In this document: positions 57,001-64,000 of the stretch, piece after piece
Numbering within the stretch: position 1 is the stretch's first letter
How the letters are laid out: each line of letters starts with the position of its first letter
Assembly: GCA_002269645.1 (NCBI GenBank)
Contig: NIVC01000215.1
Coordinates: 186,001 to 250,000 of the forward strand
Source: Macrostomum lignano
Lineage: Eukaryota
DNA length: 64,000 nt
Direction: 5' to 3'
The notes under the pieces: model-generated
Seen by the model: only the letters and a program-made list of their open reading frames with translations
Told to the model about the DNA's origin: nothing
Database searches by the model: none
Made by a program: the position numbers and the translations under genes

Positions 57001-58290
57001 ATCATAGAAGCGTCATGTAAACAATCATAGAAGCGTCATGTAAAAAATCATAGAAGCGTCATGTAAAAATCGTAGAAGCGTCATGTAAAAATCATAGAAG
57101 CGTCATGTAAACAATCATAGAAGCGTCATGTAAAAAATCATAGAAGCGTCATGTAAAAAAAATCATAGAAGCGTCATGTAAAAAATCATAGAAGCGTCAT
57201 GTAAAAAATCGTAGAAGCGTCATGTAAAAATCATAGAAGCGTCATGTAAAAATCATAGAAGCGTCATAAAAAATCATAGAAGCGTCATGTAATGAATCAT
57301 AGAAGCGTCATGTAAAAAATCATAGAAGCGTCATGTAATGAATCATAGAAGCGTCATGTAAAAAATCATAGAAGCGTCATGTAATGAATCATAGAAGCGT
57401 CATGTAAAAAATCATAGAAGCGTCATGTAAACAATCATAGAAGCGTCATGTAAAAAATCATAGAAGCGTCATGTAAAAATCATAGAAGCGTCATGTAAAC
57501 AATCATAGAAGCGTCATGTAAAAAATCGTAGAAGCGTCATATAAAAATCATAGAAGCGTCATTTAAAAAATCATTGAAGCGTCATGTAAACAATCATAGA
57601 AGCGTCATATAAAAATCATTGAAGCGTCATGTAAAAATCATAGAAGCGTCATGTAAAAATCATAGAAGCGTCATGTAAAAAATCATAGAAGCGTCATGTA
57701 AAAAATCATAGAAGCGTCATGTAAAAATCATAGAAGCGTCATGTAAAAATCATAGAAGCGTCATGTAAAAAATCATAGAAGCGTCATGTAATGAATCATA
57801 GAAGCGTCATGTAAAAAATCATAGAAGCGTCATGTAATGAATCATAGAAGCGTCATGTAAAAAATCATAGAAGCGTCATGTAATGAATCATAGAAGCGTC
57901 ATGTAAAAAATCATAGAAGCGTCATGTAAAAATCATAGAAGCGTCATGTAAAAAATCATAGAAGCGTCATGTAAAAAGTCATAGAAGCGTCATGTAAACA
58001 ATCATAGAAGCGTCATGTAAAAAATCGTAGAAGCGTCATATAAAAATCATAGAAGCGTCATTTAAAAAATCATTGAAGCGTCATGTAAACAATCATAGAA
58101 GCGTCATATAAAAATCATAGAAGCGTCATGTAAAAAATCATAGAAGCGTCATTTAAAAATCATAGAAGCGTCAAGAAAAAATCATAGAAGCCTCATTTAA
58201 AAACTAATGAGTGTCATTTAAAAAATTAAGAAGCATCATGGTACAATAAAAGAAGCGTCATGTCAGACATGAAGGGTGTCATGTAAAAAT
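54072..58290 (+). repeat. 22-23-bp satellite AGAAGCGTCATGTAAAAAATCAT in Helitron copy 4
   Basis: About 4.2 kb continuous tandem array with a variable A-run and AAACAATC/ATGAATC variants. Confidence 0.97.
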
Positions 58291-59098
58291 TAAATGCAGC
58301 TATAATGCTGTGGTGGGGAGAAAAACTGAGACGTAAAGGCTCTCAGAGAATAACTGAGATTACGGGGGGGGGGTTCTGAGATGTCAAAGCAAAAGTCAGA
58401 AGCTACTTCAAAGTTCATGTACTTTACTCAATTTTTATTACATTCATTGTTGGCTCGCCACAGGGGGAGGGGGGCGCTGATAGAAGCAGAGTCATGTAAA
58501 AAATAAATGTAGCACTATGTATACATATAAGAAAAGTCATGTCGAAGTTAAAAGATTCATTTGGGAATTGCTACAATGTCAAAGCTTGGTGGAAATCGTT
58601 ACAGTGCTGTGATTCTTAAAGAAGGAAACACTAAAATTCCAAGGCTTAGGGGAGAAGAATTGCTGAGATTTCAAGGCTTTAGGTTGGGTTAAAGTTAGGT
58701 TTAGGTCAGGTGTGGGTTGAGGGTTATATTTTATCGGGTTTCAAGGTTAACAGGGGATTTTTTAGTTTTCAAGGTTTATGGGGGCTATCGCTGACATGTT
58801 AAGGCTTACGGGGGGAATAGCTGAGATGTCAAGGCTCACGGGGGTATAAATGAGATTTCAAGGCTAAAGTCTACATGTAGTTTATTGAAAACTTTTTATT
58901 GCATTATTTGATGCCTCCTCAGGGGAGGGATCGCTGATAAAAAAAGCGTAATGTAAAAAATAAAAGAAGCTTCATGTCGAAGTTAAGAGATTCATTTGGG
59001 AATCCCTACGATGTCGAGGCTTGCAGGGAATCGCTATAATGCTGTAGTAGTGCTATAATGACTCTCAGAGAGAATTACTGAAATTTCAATGCTTTAGA

Positions 59099-59161
59099 GT
59101 TAGGTTAGGGTTAGGGTTAGGGTTAGGGTTAGGGTTAGGGTTAGGCTAGGGTTAGGGTTAG
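59099..59161 (+). repeat. Interstitial telomeric repeat (TTAGGG)n
   Basis: About 10 units, mostly perfect, inside Helitron copy 4; degenerate versions at ~58675-58725. Confidence 0.92.
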
Positions 59162-59780
59162 AAGGTTGACAGATATTTTTGATTTCCAAGGCTTATTGGG
59201 GGCATTGCTGAGATGTCAAGGGGGGAAGTTGATGTGTTAAAGCTTGTGGGGGGGGAATTATTGACATGTCAAGGCTTACAAGGTTTGACAGGAGATTTTT
59301 TAAGATTTCAAGGATATATGTAGCTTATTAAAAAACGTGTATTGCATTTCTTTGGCTCCCCAACGGGGGGCGTAGATTGCTAGTGTGATTCTATACATGG
59401 AACTTCAAAATAAACGGACCAAAAATAGCTCGCAAGACAAAAACTGATTTGTGTGAACTTCTGAGATGCTTTTACGCGTCGCGTTAAAGCCATCTTTAAA
59501 CCAGAAAAACTCGCATATCTTTGATTTTTTCTAGCTTCTCAAAATCCGTCGGCTTCATCATTGCTCGACAGTTGAAGCAAGCAAGCAAGGAAGGTAATTT
59601 CGAAAAGAGAGCTTTGGCGCTTTGTAATTAACTCGAGACTAATTCCAAGAACAGATGAATGAAGACTTTTATAACGAGAGGGTCGCACAGCCGCCACTGC
59701 TGTAAAAGCGAGTCTTAGGAGCAATATCTGCCAATTTGGCGAAAAAAATTGCCCGGATATCCTCAATTTTTATTTTATAT

Positions 59781-61103
<1,323 letters not shown>

Positions 61104-61230
61104 TTTTCTTGGGTGAACTGAAGCAATGCAGATTGAAGTGTCTTGCTCAAGGACCCAAATTTTTCCGAGTAGATCCAGAATCAAACCCCCGACCTTTCAG
61201 TTGTGAAGCCGACGCTCTAACCTTGAGCAG
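61104..61230 (-). mobile_element. tRNA-derived SINE whose 3' end runs into the (GATA)n array
   Basis: Minus strand reads GCTCAAGGTTAGAGCGTCGGCTTCACAACTGAAAGGTCGGGGGTTTGATTCTGG (tRNA-like head), then GTCCTTGAGCAAGACACTT (motif typical of many animal SINE bodies), then TAGATAGA... Confidence 0.72.
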
Positions 61231-61377
61231 TTCAGTGTCTATGGCCTCGGGGGTTTATGAATTGCATTACGAGTATAACACTTACTCACAGTGTACCCTT
61301 TTAGAAAGGAGTGCATGATCTCGACTTGAAATCTGAACGTGTTAAAGACGTCAAAACATTTATATGTCAATCAAACT

Positions 61378-62863
61378 ATGACGAATTCAAGCCTAAGAAT
61401 CCACCTGCTGGTCTCCGTAGCAGTTCTAGTAGCATTCCACATCTGCTCTATCGGCTGCCATTCAAACCCTGGCGACCTGCGCAGACAGCCAGAGCGCCTG
61501 TACGCGCTGAGAAACTCGGATAAATTTCTGGAATTCGGCGGCGCCATTTTGCTGCACAATTGCCCGGAAAGAAATCAGTCCTGCTATATCAGTTCGCAAT
61601 GTAAGAATGATTTGGTTATTTTTATTATTCTAAAAAATTCACATTTATTGACCAGTGGGGGGGGCAACATTTATATATTTATTTTTGTCTTGCTATATTT
61701 ATAGTGCAAAAGAAGTCGACTTGCCAAACAGATCAAACTGAAAGAAGTTGAGCAACCAAGGATGAAAGGAATATAATTGGCGATGGAGAACACATTAATT
61801 AAGCCACAGGCTGGAGACTACATTCCAGATATGTTTAGAAGTGTAATAATAGGCATGTCCGCTTGCCTGTTTGCAGGCTGTTGGTCGGCTGTGCCCCCCC
61901 CCCCCCATATACAGGACGCGACATTCACGTTTCATGGAAAATGTTTTGAAGGCCACTTTTCACTGAAAAATACACAACGGAAATAGAAAGTTTTTACTTT
62001 TCAGCACAAATATTGTTATTGCTTTCGATAAGGAGGCAGACCCAATGTTCATCTTTTGATATGCTGTGCCTATCTTCTAGCTCTATTGATATTCATAAAG
62101 CTCTTCGTTCAGAAAATTAGGATTTTATGTTAATTTTGTATTCTACCAGCGTACGTAAATTTCCTGTACTTAAAAATCATAAAAATGCATGACACATTTC
62201 GAATCTTTGGTTTTATGAATCCATTTTATCATCTCTCATACACATTGTTTCACAGTCAGCTAGGAATGATAAAACAGATTCATAAAACCAATGAGCTGAG
62301 CCGCGCCATTTTAATGGTTTTTAGGCACAGGGGATATGCAGTTGTACGTAAAATTAAAAAAATGACATACAATCCTAATTTTCTAAACAAAAAGCTTTAT
62401 TGATATCAATAGAGCTATAACAAAGGCACAACAAATCAAAAGATGAACATTGGGTCTGCCTCCTATCGAAAGCAATAACAATATTTGTGCTGAAAAAATG
62501 AAAACTTCCTATCTATTGTGTTTTTTTCTTTCAAAAAGTGGCCTTCAAAACATTGTTTTCAGTAGATTTCGAGTGTTGAATCCTTCTAGTTTAGTAGTCC
62601 TTGCTGAACCTCTTGGCGCAATCTTTGCAGACTGCTACAACCCGGACTCTCCAGACTGGTTCTTCTTCAGTCGATTCAACCGGACCAAAACTGCGCCCTG
62701 TGAGCTGTGGAATTTGGCCACCAGCACCCCTATCGAGCACAACTACTGTTTCTACTGGAAGTACTATAACCCGCCCATTGGCGAGCATAACGCTCCATGG
62801 TGCATCGTCAACTATAACGGCATGCTAACTAAGAAATTCTGTCACGGTTTTGACGCATGCTAG
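61378..62863 (+). CDS. Small secreted protein with a divergent kringle-like domain, 151 aa, 2 exons
   Basis: Exons 61378-61600 (caat|gtaaga) and 62631-62863 (tttgcag|ac), phase 1, open. Hydrophobic leader LLVSVAVLVAFHICSIG. CY..NRTKTAPCELW..HNYC..NP..APWC..FC....C follows the six-Cys kringle pattern. Confidence 0.72.
61940..62554. mobile_element. MITE with ~160-bp terminal inverted repeats, in the kringle-gene intron
   Basis: AATGTTTTGAAGGCCACTTTT..AGGAGGCAGACCCAATGTTCATCTTTTGAT..CTCTATTGATAT is mirrored by ATATCAATAGAG..ATCAAAAGATGAACATTGGGTCTGCCTCCT..AAAAGTGGCCTTCAAAACATT. Confidence 0.88.
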
Positions 62864-63431
62864 ACTGTTAATGCGCGATAGCAGCTGTTTAGCTGGGTTT
62901 TTTATCCAACTCAAATGACTCACAACATCCTATTTCACATATGTCAGCGATTGCCAATTTCCCATTGGCCTGCCGTCTAATATAAAGCATACAGTTCCTA
63001 TAAACTATATACAGATCCACTCCGCCAGATGGGAGACTTCCGATGGGATTAATTGTGACTGAGAAAAATGCAAAACCAAAATTCAATTCAATTGCATTTG
63101 TTTCATTGGCTATATTTAAAAAAATTACGACATTTAAAGGATCACTAGCTTTGATGGCTACCAGGGGGATGGGTGTTTCACAAAACTAAAAATCGATAAA
63201 TCGATCGAACCTAGTAGTGAAGTGTTTCACGGTAAACACGAAAGAAGGTAGTCTGTGACACCACCCCACTCATAGGGAGTTGTCCTTATAGTTGAATCGA
63301 ATGGATATTTGATATAATAATTCAGCTCAATCATGGCAAAAAAGTACGATCGCGATCTTAACGGCCACTCATTGTCTATGGCCAATCCATTAGAATCGAT
63401 CAAGTGGAGAGTCCAAAATTCTCTGCAGCAT

Positions 63432-64000
63432 TAGCCACAGCCACAGAACTGCATTTAGCCACAGACAATAAAGCCAATCAAAGCCACAGCCACAGAACTG
63501 CACTCGGCCACAGACAATAAAGCCAATCAAAGCCACAGCCACAGAACTGCATTTGGCCATAGACAATAAAGCCAATCAAAGCCAAAGCCACAGAACTGCA
63601 TTTAGCCATAGACAATAAAGCCAATCAAAGCCACAGCCACAGAACTGCATTTCGCCATAGACAATAAAGCCAATCAAAGCCAAAGCCACATAACTGCATT
63701 TAGCCATAGACAATAAAGCCAATCAAAGCCACAGCCACAGAACTGCATTTAGCCATAGACAATAAAGCCAATCAAAGCCACAGCCACAGAACTGCATTTG
63801 GCCATATACAATCAAGCCAATCAAAGCCACAGCCACAGAACTGCACCCGGCCATAGACAATCAAGCCAATCAAAGCCACAGCCACAGAACTGCACCCGGC
63901 CATAGACAATCAAGCCAATCAAAGCCACTGCCACAGAACTGCACTCGGCAATAGACAATCAAGCCAATCAAAGCCACTGTCACAGAACTGCTCTCGGCCA
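63432..64000 (+). repeat. 49-bp minisatellite, continues past window end
   Basis: Unit AGCCATAGACAATAAAGCCAATCAAAGCCACAGCCACAGAACTGCATTT (period 49 at 63446/63495), built from AGCCA subunits. Confidence 0.95.

Larger units (their letters stand above)
53460..59383 (+). mobile_element. Non-autonomous Helitron, copy 4 (divergent subfamily)
   Basis: TCCTATATACTAAAAATGTG start; homologous but more diverged 5' body; 22-23-bp AGAAGCGTCATGTAAAAAATCAT array ~54072-58290; TTAGGG-containing 3' region; CCCCAACGGGGGGCGTAGATTGCTAG|T end. Confidence 0.9.

Noticed and set aside
10399-58290. CRISPR-like appearance of the 21-29-bp arrays
   Set aside because: Units are directly adjacent with no unique spacers, no cas genes are present, and the context is eukaryotic.
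59099-59161. True telomere or chromosome-fusion scar
   Set aside because: Short, internal to a Helitron, with a homologous copy at 30.9 kb and ordinary genes on both sides.

Overview
Animal (invertebrate-like) genomic DNA with GC-rich exons, GT-AG introns and very dense repeats; the species cannot be determined from the window. Left to right: (1) a young, nearly intact non-LTR retrotransposon (endonuclease-RT-RNase H-zinc knuckle, (TAAG)n tail) inserted antisense into exon 5 of (2) an unannotated 5-exon, ~1,010-aa TPR-like gene assembled by hand; (3) DNA topoisomerase I (TOP1), whose introns hold three different minisatellites, and whose putative 5.4-kb first intron is a CpG desert containing a decayed mariner and MITEs; (4) an orphan DEG/ENaC TM2 fragment; (5) hydroxylysine kinase-like gene; (6) a PAN+LamG-like secreted-protein pseudogene; (7) RGS7BP/R9AP-like gene; (8) MFSD8-like transporter; (9) a 21-bp minisatellite; (10) a 19-kb head-to-tail stack of four non-autonomous Helitrons joined by exact CTAG|TC junctions, each carrying a tRNA-Ser(GCT)-like Pol III cassette in front of a 22-23-bp satellite; (11) a 1.3-kb (TATC)n array abutting a tRNA-SINE; (12) a two-exon secreted kringle-like gene with a MITE in its intron; (13) a 49-bp minisatellite running off the end. 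Exon structures and family calls are manual and were not confirmed by database search or RNA data.
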